A stretch of 64,000 bases of DNA from an uncultured Bacilli bacterium (GCA_944350385.1 CALVOV010000005.1:1970-65969), one strand, 5' to 3'. Counted from the first letter of the stretch, positions 9,932-20,434 are shown. Translations and numbers: made by a program. Notes: generated by a model from the letters alone, not told the origin.

Positions 9932-10630
9932 ATGGACCTAATAAGAATTAAAAATGTTGAAAAACGATATAAGAATGGCGTAACAGCAATTTATGATTTG
10001 AATTTAGCCATTGAAAAAGGTGCCTTTGTCTTTGTAATTGGAGGATCAGGTAGCGGTAAGAGTACTTTAATAAAAATGCTTTATCGAGAAGAAAAGCCAA
10101 CAAAAGGACAAATTATTGTTGGTGGTTTAGATGTTGCTAAATTAAGAAATAAAAAAGTATATCGACTAAGAAGAAAGTTAGGAATAGTTTTTCAAAATTA
10201 TAGATTATTAGAAAAACAGACAGTATTTGAAAATGTGGCCTTTGCTTTAGAGGTAATAGGAGCCCCAAAAGATGAAATAAGAGTAAAAGTTTTAAAAGCT
10301 CTTGAAGATGTTGGATTAAAAAATAAAATTCATAATTATCCAGACCAACTATCAGGTGGAGAACAACAAAGAGTTGCAATAGCACGAGCTATTGTTAATG
10401 ATCCTAAATTATTATTATGTGATGAGCCGACTGGAAATCTTGACCCTGAGAAAAGTATGGAAATCATGCAAGTTTTGGATGATATAAATAAAAATAGAGG
10501 CACAACAATCATCATGGCTACACATGATAAAGAAATAGTAGATAGAATGAAGAAGCAAGTTATTACTCTTAAAGATGGCCATTTAGTAAACTTTAAAAAG
10601 AAAGGAACATATGACAATGAAGCCATTTAG
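9932..10630 (+). CDS. ftsE: cell division ATP-binding protein FtsE
   Basis: Walker [24 protein letters not shown] and [12 protein letters not shown]. The gene sits immediately upstream of ftsX and overlaps it. Confidence 0.9.
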   Translation: MDLIRIKNVEKRYKNGVTAIYDLNLAIEKGAFVFVIGGSGSGKSTLIKMLYREEKPTKGQIIVGGLDVAKLRNKKVYRLRRKLGIVFQNYRLLEKQTVFENVAFALEVIGAPKDEIRVKVLKALEDVGLKNKIHNYPDQLSGGEQQRVAIARAIVNDPKLLLCDEPTGNLDPEKSMEIMQVLDDINKNRGTTIIMATHDKEIVDRMKKQVITLKDGHLVNFKKKGTYDNEAI

Positions 10631-11516
10631 AATGTTAGGAAGAAGTATCAGAGATGCTATTAAAAGTGTAATAAGAAATTTCAGTTTATCATTGGCCTCT
10701 ATTTCATGTATAACAATAACGTTAATAATAGTTGCTGTAGGAATAATCGCTTCATTTAATGTTCAAAATTTTACTCAAGAGATTGAAAAAGATTTAACAA
10801 TAGTAGCCTTCCTAGATAATGACGCTACAGAAGATGATGCAGATAAGGTTAGAAAGGCTCTAGATAGAATAAATAATGTTGATACATATGAGTTTCAAGA
10901 TAAAGTAGAGGTAAAAGAACAAATACAATCAGAGTCAGAAGTCTTTGATGCTGTTTTAGATAATTGGGATGATAATGAGAGTCCTTTGAAAGATACTTTT
11001 CAAATAAAAGTAAAAGATGTAACAAAAATAAGTTCCACAGCTGAAGCTATAAAAAAAATAGATAAAGTATCAGTAGTTCGTTATGGAGAAGGTATGGTAG
11101 ATAAATTGGTATCAGCTTTTTCTTCAATTGAAAAAGTTACTTTTGCAGTAGTGATTGCCTTAATATTAGTTACAGTATTCTTAATTATTAATACTATTAA
11201 GTTAACAATAGATGCTAGAAAAAGAGAAATTGGTATTATGCGTTTAGTAGGAGCAAGCAATATTACTATTAAAACACCATTTGTAATTGAAGGAATGATT
11301 CTTGGTTTATTAGGTTCAATTATTCCTGTAATATTCACAACTTATGGATATTTAGCTTTTTATAATCACTTTGATGGTTACTTATTTTCAGAATTAATTA
11401 AATTAATAGAGCCAGAACCATTTATGTATCAAGCCGCTGGAATAGTTGTAATAATTGGTATTATAGTAGGTATGATTGGTAGTGCAGGTGCCGTAAGAAA
11501 GTATCTTAAAGTATAA
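10611..11516 (+). CDS. ftsX: cell division permease FtsX
   Basis: One TM, then an extracellular domain, then three C-terminal TMs with the REIGIMRLVGAS motif typical of FtsX. It overlaps ftsE by 20 nt. Confidence 0.88.
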   Translation: MTMKPFRMLGRSIRDAIKSVIRNFSLSLASISCITITLIIVAVGIIASFNVQNFTQEIEKDLTIVAFLDNDATEDDADKVRKALDRINNVDTYEFQDKVEVKEQIQSESEVFDAVLDNWDDNESPLKDTFQIKVKDVTKISSTAEAIKKIDKVSVVRYGEGMVDKLVSAFSSIEKVTFAVVIALILVTVFLIINTIKLTIDARKREIGIMRLVGASNITIKTPFVIEGMILGLLGSIIPVIFTTYGYLAFYNHFDGYLFSELIKLIEPEPFMYQAAGIVVIIGIIVGMIGSAGAVRKYLKV

Positions 11517-12694
11517 TGAAAAAAATTAATATATTAAATTTTCTATTTGGAATATTATTAATGCTAGTTTCAATATTTGCACTACCTATTGAAACTCAAG
11601 CTAAAACAATTCAAGAATTTCAAGATGAAGTAAATCGATATACAGCAGAGTTAGAAGAAAAAAAATCAAAAATTGTCACTAACGAAGCAGAAGTTGCCAA
11701 GATAAAAGAAAAAATTTCTGAAATAGAGAAAAAAATCGAAGATTCTGAAAATGAAATTAGTGAGTTGCAAAATGAAATAGACGAAAGTAATGAAGAAATA
11801 GCTGCCAAAAGTGAAGAAAGTAAAAAGATAATGGAATATTATCAGATTTCAAATGGTGAAAATGCTTATTTGGAATATGCTTTTGGAGCAACATCTATTA
11901 CAGATATGATTTATAGATTGTCAGTAATTGAACAATTAACAGATTATAATAATAAAATCATGAAAGAACTAGAAGAGTTGATTAAAAAAAATGAAGTAAG
12001 ACAAAAAGAATTAACTGCCAAAAAAGTTGAATTAAAAGAAATGAAAGATGAACTACAATCAGAAAAAGAAAGAATTAATGCTGATACAGCTTCTATAAGA
12101 GATACTATGCCAGACCTAGAAAGTCAAATAAAATCAGCAAAGTTAAACTTGCAATATTATCAGAATTTAGGATGTGGAAAAACAGAAGATATTCAGTCAT
12201 GTCAATTTAGAGTTCAACAAAGTAGTTCGTCATCATCAATACCAAGTACTAATGGTTTCTTTAGACCTATGGAATATGGCTATGTAACTCAATGGTATTC
12301 TGGATATGGTGGACATATGGGAGTAGATTTATCAAGTTCAGATAAAGATATTCCAATATATCCTATTGCATCAGGACAAGTTTTCAAAATATATATTGAC
12401 CCTGATGGCGCTTTATGTGTAAAGATAAGACATAATGTTGGTGGAAGGTATATATATTCAACATATGCTCATTTACGATCATTTGGAAACATATCTGAAG
12501 GACAAATAGTTACTCCATTTACAATGATCGGAAGAATGGGTTCTACAGGAAAATCAACAGGACCACATTTACATTTAGAAATTACAACATGCGATTGGAA
12601 TAAAGGAGGAGGTTGTACTTGGGCTACATATCAAAGAAGTACAATAAATCCAACTAAATATATAGTATTACCAAGTAGATGGAATAATCGTTAA
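11516..12694 (+). CDS. secreted coiled-coil M23 peptidoglycan metalloendopeptidase (FtsEX-associated type)
   Basis: Signal peptide (...FALPIETQA), then a long heptad-rich region, then a C-terminal M23 domain with GGHMGVDL and GPHLHLE zinc-ligand motifs. The start overlaps the ftsX stop. Confidence 0.85.
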   Translation: MKKINILNFLFGILLMLVSIFALPIETQAKTIQEFQDEVNRYTAELEEKKSKIVTNEAEVAKIKEKISEIEKKIEDSENEISELQNEIDESNEEIAAKSEESKKIMEYYQISNGENAYLEYAFGATSITDMIYRLSVIEQLTDYNNKIMKELEELIKKNEVRQKELTAKKVELKEMKDELQSEKERINADTASIRDTMPDLESQIKSAKLNLQYYQNLGCGKTEDIQSCQFRVQQSSSSSSIPSTNGFFRPMEYGYVTQWYSGYGGHMGVDLSSSDKDIPIYPIASGQVFKIYIDPDGALCVKIRHNVGGRYIYSTYAHLRSFGNISEGQIVTPFTMIGRMGSTGKSTGPHLHLEITTCDWNKGGGCTWATYQRSTINPTKYIVLPSRWNNR

Positions 12695-12716
12695 GAGAGG
12701 TTATCTCTCTTTTTTT
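12694..12716 (+). terminator. rho-independent terminator
   Basis: AGAGAG-gttat-CTCTCT followed by T6, directly after the M23 gene stop. Confidence 0.7.
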
Positions 12717-12767
12717 GTTGCATAAATACAAAAAAAGTAAAAAAGCAGTGTGAGTTTCATTAACATA

Positions 12768-13364
12768 CTACATTATAATATTATCTTTATAATCATCTAT
12801 TATTTTTTTACTAATATCACCACTACGTATTATTTTGATTTTATCATTTATAACCTTAATAATAGTAGAAGACTGATTTTCAATTAGTCCTCCATTATAA
12901 ATATAATCAACATTTTTCGCTATACTATCTTCCAACCATTTAATTTCATTGATTGTTTCTTTCGAAGATATATTCGCACTGGTTGCAATAATTGGCCTTC
13001 CTATTTTTTTTATTAATTCTTGTAAAGACTCATTATCAGGTAATCTAATGCCTATTTCATCTAAAGAAGCTGTAACAATATCAGAAATATTTTTCTTCTT
13101 TAAAATTATAGTTAAAGGCCCAGGCCAATATTTTTTTATTATATCTTTCTCTAAAGAAGATAAAAAAGCTACATATTCATTTACCATATCTATATCGGAT
13201 ACCAATATGATCATTGGTTTACTAAAGTCTCTCTTTTTTAAATGATATACTTTTTTTACAGCTTCTACATTTAAAGCATCACATACAATACCATATACAG
13301 TATCAGTAGGTACAACAGCAATTCCACCATTCTTAAGAATTTCAACAAGTTCATTATTTAAAAT
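12768..13364 (-). CDS. tsaC: L-threonylcarbamoyladenylate synthase (TsaC/YrdC family); no canonical start codon
   Basis: The - strand frame is open from 13367 to the stop at 12768. The translation upstream of the track's Met (13214) reads LNNELVEILKNGGIAVVPTDTVYGIVCDALNVEAVKKVYHLKKRDFSKP, the conserved YrdC N-terminus. No in-frame ATG, GTG or TTG occurs upstream of it. An in-frame ATT at 13364-13362 lies 7 nt from GAGGTG (13377-13372). Confidence 0.75.
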   Translation of the reverse strand: MLNNELVEILKNGGIAVVPTDTVYGIVCDALNVEAVKKVYHLKKRDFSKPMIILVSDIDMVNEYVAFLSSLEKDIIKKYWPGPLTIILKKKNISDIVTASLDEIGIRLPDNESLQELIKKIGRPIIATSANISSKETINEIKWLEDSIAKNVDYIYNGGLIENQSSTIIKVINDKIKIIRSGDISKKIIDDYKDNIIM

Positions 13365-13469
13365 ATATCATCACCTCAATATGATTATTTTATGAAAATC
13401 AATATCAATTGTCAATTTATATAAAGAATGTTAATATATATGTGAAAACAATCAAAATAAAGAAAAAAG

Positions 13470-14228
13470 GTGAATAAAGTGAAAATAATTTCTTGGAATG
13501 TAGCAGGATTACGTGCCTGTTTAAATAAAGGATTAGATAGATTTATAGCAGAAGAAAAAGCTGACATATATTGCTTTCAAGAGTCCAAAGTAACAGAAGA
13601 ACAAAATCCATTTCATCCACTAGGATATAAAGAATATTTATATCCAGCAGTGAAAAAAGGATATTCTGGAACTTTAATATATACAAAAATAGAACCAATT
13701 TCAGTAAAGTTTGGAATTGGTGATGAAGAGTATGATAATGAAGGAAGAACAATCACTCTTGAATTTGAAAAATTTTATCTGGTAAACTGCTACGTGCCAA
13801 ATGTTAAAAGAAAATTAGAAAGAATGGATTCAAGAATGCGTTTTGAAGATTTAATTAGAGAATATTTAGTTAATCTATCAAAGAAAAAAAATATAATTTA
13901 TTGTGGAGATTTAAATGTAGCCCATGAAGAAATAGATATTAAAAACCCTAAAACCAATCACTTTTCAGCAGGATTTACTGATCAAGAGAGAAATAAAATG
14001 ACACAGTTATTATCAGCTGGATTTATTGATACATATCGTTACTATAATCCAAAAACAGTAAAATATACTTGGTGGAGTTATATGCATCAAGCAAGAATGA
14101 AAGACATTGGGTGGAGAATAGACTATTTTATTGTAAATAAAGAATTTATTGATTCAATCACTAATACAAAAATATATTCTGAAGTATTAGGATCAGACCA
14201 TTGTCCAATCGGTATAGAAGTAAAATAG
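13470..14228 (+). CDS. xth: exodeoxyribonuclease III (AP endonuclease)
   Basis: KIISWNVAGLRA, CFQESK, GDLNVAH and a terminal SDHCP motif are typical of the Xth/ExoA family. The start is GTG 13470 or GTG 13479. Confidence 0.88.
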   Translation: MNKVKIISWNVAGLRACLNKGLDRFIAEEKADIYCFQESKVTEEQNPFHPLGYKEYLYPAVKKGYSGTLIYTKIEPISVKFGIGDEEYDNEGRTITLEFEKFYLVNCYVPNVKRKLERMDSRMRFEDLIREYLVNLSKKKNIIYCGDLNVAHEEIDIKNPKTNHFSAGFTDQERNKMTQLLSAGFIDTYRYYNPKTVKYTWWSYMHQARMKDIGWRIDYFIVNKEFIDSITNTKIYSEVLGSDHCPIGIEVK

Positions 14229-14304
14229 TCTATTGAAATAATGTATATTTTTTGTTATTTCTTCTCAAAATAATGCGATATAATAAATAAAAAGAGGTGT
14301 TTAT

Positions 14305-15006
14305 ATGTTTTGCAGTAAGTGTGGTTACAAAAATAATGAAGATGCTAGATATTGTATTAATTGTGGAAATATGTTAAATAATAACGTTAATAATAATAAT
14401 GATAATGCTCTTACAAAGGCATATAAAAGAAAAAGTACAAGTACTAAAATAGGAATCATAAGTTTAATTATATTATTTGTAACTCGAACTTTAGCTATTT
14501 TATTAGCCATAATTGGACTTGTTATTGGAATAAAAGAAAAAGAAAAAAGAGGAATAATTATTAATATTATATGTATTATTATAAGTATTTTATTTATACT
14601 AGGAGGTATTATTCTTAATTTTGTATCTGAATTTGAAGAAAATAATTATATTGGTGAATATGCTTGTAGTGATTATGTTGAAAACAGCACTAACGCCTTA
14701 GAAGAAACTATGAAATTTAGTTTGAAAAAAGATAAAATTTTTTTGATGACATATAGTTATTCTACAGCAAGTGGAATAATAGATGGAACTTATGAAATAA
14801 CTGGTATAAAATATACCACTAAAAATAACGAAAACTATACTACTTATACAATTAATTTTGATGCTAATACCAGAGTGATAAATGGAGAAAAAATTACCGA
14901 GCCATACGTTACACAATATAATTTGATAATAGCAGATACTAGTGAAGTATATTTACAAAATACTATTTCCAATAGCTTATATCTTTGCAGAAAAATAGAA
15001 AGTTAA
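14305..15006 (+). CDS. zinc-ribbon membrane protein of unknown function
   Basis: N-terminal MFCSKCGYKNNEDARYCINCG zinc ribbon, two TM helices, and a C-terminal extracytoplasmic domain with no motif I recognise. Confidence 0.6.
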   Translation: MFCSKCGYKNNEDARYCINCGNMLNNNVNNNNDNALTKAYKRKSTSTKIGIISLIILFVTRTLAILLAIIGLVIGIKEKEKRGIIINIICIIISILFILGGIILNFVSEFEENNYIGEYACSDYVENSTNALEETMKFSLKKDKIFLMTYSYSTASGIIDGTYEITGIKYTTKNNENYTTYTINFDANTRVINGEKITEPYVTQYNLIIADTSEVYLQNTISNSLYLCRKIES

Positions 15007-15092
15007 TCTTTCTTTTTTTATGGCAATATTTAATAAAATAGTTTAAAATTATATATAATAGGTAGGATAGTGCAAAATAAAGAGGTGTTTTT

Positions 15093-16556
15093 ATGAATAT
15101 GTTCACATTTTCTACAGTCTTTTGTTGTATTTTATTTTGTGGATTTTTAGGTATGATTTATTTTTCACAAAAAAAACTATTAAATCGCAAAAACACTATT
15201 TATAAAAATATGCTTATTTTAGATTTTATTATTTTATCTTCAAGTATGATTAGTTTATTGTCAGCTAATTATATTTCTATTAGTTCAAATTTAAGTTTTA
15301 TTTATGATATTTTTACAAGAGTATATTCAACAACAGAATTACTTTGGTGCTTACTTCTTTCAATTTATACTATCATAATAATAAGTGAAGGTAATTCATT
15401 AATTGAAAATTTAGTAAATGATAAAAATACAATAAAATTGACTAAAATAATTATTTTAATTTTAAGCATAGTTAGTTTTGTTCTTCCTGCCCAATATACA
15501 TATAATACTGATAATATTTTAATTTATTCAGGAATTAGACTAAATTATATCACTTATCTATTATTTGGTATTTTTTCAGCAACAACAATACTAGTTATAT
15601 TTAATTTTAAACACGTAAAAAAAATAAAGATACTACCATTTTTAGTATTTGATGTTTTATTAATATCTTTATTTTTGATCAGTAGATATGATCCTTCTAC
15701 TAACGTTTTTCCACTTGTTATAACTTTAATTAGTTATTTGCTTTACCATACTATGGAAAATCCCGATTATAATTTGATTTCAGAATTAGGAAAAGCTAAA
15801 GAACTAGCAGAAGCTTCTAATAAAGCAAAAAGCGAATTTTTAAGTAATATTTCACATGAAGTAAGAACACCTTTAAATGCTATTGTTGGATTATCTGAAA
15901 TGATAACTGAAAGTGATGATTATGAGAGTATGCATAGTGATTCTAAAGATATTTATATCGCCTCACAAAATCTATTAGGAATAGTTAATGGTATTTTAGA
16001 TGTAAATAGATTAGAAACACAACAAATGTCAGTTATAAATAACAATTACAATCCAGTTGAAAAGTTTAACAAAATTGCTGATACAGCTAAATTAAGAATT
16101 GGGAGTAAACCAATTCAATTAGTGACTAACTATACCTCAGATATTCCCGTAGAATTAAATGGAGATATTGATAAAATTCAAAAAATAATTGCCAATATTC
16201 TTAATAATGCAATTAAATATACAAATAGTGGTTTTGTTTATTTTAATGTTAGTTGTAAAAAAAAGAATGAAAAGTGTGAGTTGATTATTTCTATACGCGA
16301 CACAGGACGAGGAATAAAAGAAACAGAGAAAAGTAAATTATTTACGAAATTTTATCGGTTAGAAGAAGATAAAGGAACAACTATTGAAGGAGTAGGATTA
16401 GGCTTAGCAATTACTAAATTATTAGTGAATTTATTAGGTGGGAGTATAACTTTCGATAGTATATATGGTCAAGGTTCAACATTTACTATAGAACTTGAAC
16501 AAACTATTGTTACTGATTTTTCAACACAAAATAAAGAAGAACTAACTATAATTTAA
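15093..16556 (+). CDS. orphan sensor histidine kinase (polytopic N-terminal domain, HisKA + HATPase_c)
   Basis: About 6 TM segments, then H-box FLSNISHEVRTPLNAI (His codon CAT at 15855-15857), N-box NNAIKYT, G1 DTGRGI and G2 GVGLGLAI. No response regulator gene is adjacent. Confidence 0.88.
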   Translation: MNMFTFSTVFCCILFCGFLGMIYFSQKKLLNRKNTIYKNMLILDFIILSSSMISLLSANYISISSNLSFIYDIFTRVYSTTELLWCLLLSIYTIIIISEGNSLIENLVNDKNTIKLTKIIILILSIVSFVLPAQYTYNTDNILIYSGIRLNYITYLLFGIFSATTILVIFNFKHVKKIKILPFLVFDVLLISLFLISRYDPSTNVFPLVITLISYLLYHTMENPDYNLISELGKAKELAEASNKAKSEFLSNISHEVRTPLNAIVGLSEMITESDDYESMHSDSKDIYIASQNLLGIVNGILDVNRLETQQMSVINNNYNPVEKFNKIADTAKLRIGSKPIQLVTNYTSDIPVELNGDIDKIQKIIANILNNAIKYTNSGFVYFNVSCKKKNEKCELIISIRDTGRGIKETEKSKLFTKFYRLEEDKGTTIEGVGLGLAITKLLVNLLGGSITFDSIYGQGSTFTIELEQTIVTDFSTQNKEELTII

Positions 16557-16581
16557 TAAAAATTGAAAGAGTTGATAATTT

Positions 16582-18009
16582 ATGAATATTTTTACGTTTA
16601 GTATAAATTTATGTTGCTTATTATTTTGGGAAATATTGGTAATCGTTTATTTTTCTAAAAAGAATATGTCCAACATTGAAAATAAATTATATCGTTTTAT
16701 AATTATTATGGATTTTTTAGTATTAATATTTCATTTCTTAGGACTAATAGCTGCTTATTACATTCCAAAGAATGATAATCTTTTCTTAATTTATGAAATT
16801 TTAGGAATATTATATTGTGTAGCAGAAGGAATATGGTGTATGTTTTTTGCTAGTTATGCAATTATTATAATAAATGAAAATAACGATAAGTTTAAAAATA
16901 TTTTTCAAAAATATCAAAAAAAAATAACTGCTTTTTTTGTTATAATAACAATCCTCATTAGTTTAATCATTGGTATATTACCAGTAAAATATGATTATAC
17001 TGATACCAATATAATAATATACAATGGACCAAGAATAGACTTTATGACAATTTTTTTGATAATTTTAGGTTTTGCAGGAGTTGTTTCCATAATTTTAAAT
17101 ATAAAAGATATTAATGCTAAAAAAATATCTCCATTTTTACTATTTATAATATTACAAGTACTAGCATTATTCTTCTATATGATTGATCCATCAATAAGTA
17201 TATTTACACTAGCAATTACATTAATCAGTTACTTGATGTATCATACAATTGAGAATCCTGATATTAAAATGATAGCTCAATTAGAATTTGCTAAAACTCA
17301 AGCTGAAAAATCTAATAAAGTTAAAAGTGATTTTTTAAATAGTATGACTCAAGAAATCATAAATCCACTTAATATCATAGTTGATAATTCAAAAATAATA
17401 ATGAATACAAAGAATAAAAATGAAATGCGTTTAGATTCTAGAAAAATTTTATTGGCATCTGAAAATTTAATAGAAATAATAGATGGTATATTAGATATGA
17501 ATAAGTTAGAAGCAAATAAAATGGAAATAGTAAATAAAAAGTATAATTTACAACAGGAATTAGAACCTGTTATAAAAGCAATGAAAATAAGAATAGGAGA
17601 AAAACCAGTAGATTTAGTTACTTATTATGCTGATAATTTGCCACAAAAATTATCTGGTGACATAGAAAAAATAAAACAAATAGTAACAAACTTATTAACT
17701 AATGCCATTAAATATACAGACAAAGGTTTTATATATTTTAATATTATATCTAAAAATAATAGGGACAAATGTGAAATAACTATATCTGTAAGAGATACAG
17801 GTAGAGGAATAGAAAAAGAAAAATTGGATAAAATAATTAATAAGTTTAATCACACTAACAATATGAATTCAAATATTGAAGAAACAGGATTAGGTTTAAC
17901 TATTGTTAATTCTTTAGTTGAATTATTTGATGGAAGTATAGATGTTACCAGTATATATGGTCAGGGTTCAACTTTTACTATTACTTTCAAGCAAGATGTA
18001 GTAAATTAA
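16582..18009 (+). CDS. histidine-kinase paralog lacking the phospho-acceptor His (pseudo-kinase or phosphatase candidate)
   Basis: Same architecture as the upstream kinase, and the N, G1 and G2 boxes are retained (TNAIKYT, DTGRGI, TGLGLTI). The H-box reads FLNSMTQEIINPLNII, with Gln codon CAA at 17350-17352 where His is expected. Confidence 0.8.
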   Translation: MNIFTFSINLCCLLFWEILVIVYFSKKNMSNIENKLYRFIIIMDFLVLIFHFLGLIAAYYIPKNDNLFLIYEILGILYCVAEGIWCMFFASYAIIIINENNDKFKNIFQKYQKKITAFFVIITILISLIIGILPVKYDYTDTNIIIYNGPRIDFMTIFLIILGFAGVVSIILNIKDINAKKISPFLLFIILQVLALFFYMIDPSISIFTLAITLISYLMYHTIENPDIKMIAQLEFAKTQAEKSNKVKSDFLNSMTQEIINPLNIIVDNSKIIMNTKNKNEMRLDSRKILLASENLIEIIDGILDMNKLEANKMEIVNKKYNLQQELEPVIKAMKIRIGEKPVDLVTYYADNLPQKLSGDIEKIKQIVTNLLTNAIKYTDKGFIYFNIISKNNRDKCEITISVRDTGRGIEKEKLDKIINKFNHTNNMNSNIEETGLGLTIVNSLVELFDGSIDVTSIYGQGSTFTITFKQDVVN

Positions 18010-18012
18010 ATG

Positions 18013-18040
18013 ACAAGGTCAAATGATTACCTTGTTTTTT
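18013..18040 (+). terminator. rho-independent terminator
   Basis: ACAAGGT (18013-18019) pairs with ACCTTGT (18029-18035), followed by T6. Confidence 0.65.
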
Positions 18041-18094
18041 CATATAAATAATGATAAAATACTAGCGAAAAATTGGTATTAGAAAGGAGCAGAT

Positions 18095-20056
18095 ATGTTT
18101 AAAATTCATTCTAAATTTAAACCAACTGGTGATCAACCAGAAGCAATTGAAAAGTTAGTACAAGGCATAAAAGCAGGAGAAAAAAGTCAAGTATTAATGG
18201 GGGTTACTGGCTCAGGTAAAACATTTACCATGGCTAATGTCATAGCAAGAATAAATAAACCGACATTAGTATTAGCACATAATAAAACTCTAGCAGGACA
18301 ATTATATTCAGAATTTAAAGAGTTTTTTCCGGAAAATCGTGTTGAATATTTTGTGTCATACTATGATTACTATCAACCAGAAGCATACGTTCCTTCAACA
18401 GATACTTACATAGAAAAAGATTCTTCTATTAATGATGAAATTGATGAATTAAGACATGCTGCAACTAGTGCATTATTATCAAGAGATGATGTTATAGTAG
18501 TAGCGTCAGTTTCTTGTATATATGGGATTGGAGAAGTAGAAGAATATAAAAGTAAAATGTTAACTCTTTCAGTAGGAGAAATTTTAGACCGAAATGAAAT
18601 GTTGGCAAAATTAGTAGAAATGTTATATGAAAGAAATGATTTTGATTTTAAAAGAGGCACATTTAGAGTACGTGGAGACGTAGTAGAAATAATACCAGCC
18701 AATCAAAATACTATAGGTTACAGAATTGAGTTCTTTGATAACGAAATAGATAGAATTAGTGAAATAGACACACTAACAGGTGTAATTACTAAAAATTTAA
18801 AGAATATTTCAATTTTTCCAGCAAGCCACTTTGTTGTGAGTGATGAAAAGCTTCAAAAAGCAATAGTAAGAATTAAGGAAGAATTAAAAAATAGGTTAGA
18901 AGAATTAAAAAGTCAAAATAAATTAGTAGCAGCTGAAAGATTAGAGCAAAGGACAAATTACGATATCGAGATGTTACAAGAAACTGGTTTTTGTTCAGGT
19001 ATTGAAAATTATTCAGCACCTATGGCTGGAAGAAATCCTGGAGAGACTCCAACAACTTTGATGGACTTTTTTCCCAAGGATTATTTATTAATAGTAGATG
19101 AATCACATGTAACTTTACCACAAGTTAGAGGTATGTATAATGGTGATAGAGCAAGAAAAATGAATTTAGTAGAATATGGCTTTAGATTACCTAGTGCCCT
19201 AGATAATAGACCTTTAAAATATGAAGAATTTGAAAAGAAAATTAATCAAGCAATTTTTGTTTCAGCAACACCAGGAGATATTGAATTAGAGTATACAAAT
19301 CATAAATGGGTAGAGCAGATAATTAGACCAACAGGATTATTAGATCCAACAATTGAAGTTAGAAAAAGTGAAGGTCAAATAGATGACTTAATCGGAGAAA
19401 TAACAGAAAGAATTGCTAAAGATGAAAGAACACTTGTAACAACATTAACAATTCGTATGGCTGAAGAATTAACAAATTATTTAAAAGAATTGAATATAAA
19501 AGTTGCTTATTTACATTCAGAAGTAAAGACATTAGAAAGAATGCAAATCATTCATGATGTTAGATCTGGAAAGTATGATGTTTTGGTAGGAATAAATTTA
19601 TTAAGAGAAGGATTAGATATACCAGAAGTTTCATTAATAGCAATTTTAGATGCTGATAAAGAAGGCTTCTTAAGAAGTAATAGAAGTTTAATTCAAACAA
19701 TAGGAAGATGTGCAAGAAATGCTAATGGACACGTTATTATGTACGCTGATAAAATAACAGACTCTATGCAAAATGCTATTGATGAAACTGCTAGAAGAAG
19801 AAAGATTCAAGAAAAATATAATAAAGATCACAATATTATTCCTCAAACTATTCATAAAGAAATCAGAGAAATAATTAGTAATAATGATATAAAGAATGAA
19901 ACTAAAAAAGGTAAAAACAGAAAAGTTAGTAAGAAAGAAAAAGAGCAAATAATGGAATCATTAGAACAAGAAATGCGCGAAGCTGCTAAATCACTTAACT
20001 TCGAAAGAGCAATGGAATTAAGAGATATCTTATTTGAAATGAAATCCAATATGTAA
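18095..20056 (+). CDS. uvrB: excinuclease ABC subunit B
   Basis: N-terminus [11 protein letters not shown], Walker [13 protein letters not shown] box (VDESHVT) and C-terminal UVR domain ([11 protein letters not shown]). Confidence 0.96.
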   Translation: MFKIHSKFKPTGDQPEAIEKLVQGIKAGEKSQVLMGVTGSGKTFTMANVIARINKPTLVLAHNKTLAGQLYSEFKEFFPENRVEYFVSYYDYYQPEAYVPSTDTYIEKDSSINDEIDELRHAATSALLSRDDVIVVASVSCIYGIGEVEEYKSKMLTLSVGEILDRNEMLAKLVEMLYERNDFDFKRGTFRVRGDVVEIIPANQNTIGYRIEFFDNEIDRISEIDTLTGVITKNLKNISIFPASHFVVSDEKLQKAIVRIKEELKNRLEELKSQNKLVAAERLEQRTNYDIEMLQETGFCSGIENYSAPMAGRNPGETPTTLMDFFPKDYLLIVDESHVTLPQVRGMYNGDRARKMNLVEYGFRLPSALDNRPLKYEEFEKKINQAIFVSATPGDIELEYTNHKWVEQIIRPTGLLDPTIEVRKSEGQIDDLIGEITERIAKDERTLVTTLTIRMAEELTNYLKELNIKVAYLHSEVKTLERMQIIHDVRSGKYDVLVGINLLREGLDIPEVSLIAILDADKEGFLRSNRSLIQTIGRCARNANGHVIMYADKITDSMQNAIDETARRRKIQEKYNKDHNIIPQTIHKEIREIISNNDIKNETKKGKNRKVSKKEKEQIMESLEQEMREAAKSLNFERAMELRDILFEMKSNM

Positions 20057-20080
20057 TATAATTTTTTTGAGGTGAAATAT

Positions 20081-20434
20081 ATGGAATTATCATGGACGCT
20101 TTTTTCTGAATGTCCAATACCAAAGGATATTTATGAGATTTTAGCAGATGGAGAAAATCCAATAGCAGCATATAAAACTTTCAGAGATAGTGCAATTTTT
20201 ACTAATAAAAGACTAATAGTTCGAGATGTTCAAGGAGTAACTGGTAAAAAAATAGAATCGTATTCATTGCCATATTCATCTATATTGATGTGGTCGTCAG
20301 AAAATGCTGGTATAATAGACATTAATGCTGAAATAGAAATTTGGACTAAATTAGGAAAAATAAAAATTAACTTAAGAAAAGATATTGATATTAGAAAATT
20401 TGATAAACTTATTTCTGATGCAATACTAAAATAG
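20081..20434 (+). CDS. bacterial PH-domain protein (YokE-like)
   Basis: The pattern AIFTNKRLIVRDVQGVTGKKIESYSLPYSSI...IEIW is typical of bPH domains. GAGGTG precedes ATG 20081; the track start is GTG 20072. Confidence 0.55.
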   Translation: MELSWTLFSECPIPKDIYEILADGENPIAAYKTFRDSAIFTNKRLIVRDVQGVTGKKIESYSLPYSSILMWSSENAGIIDINAEIEIWTKLGKIKINLRKDIDIRKFDKLISDAILK

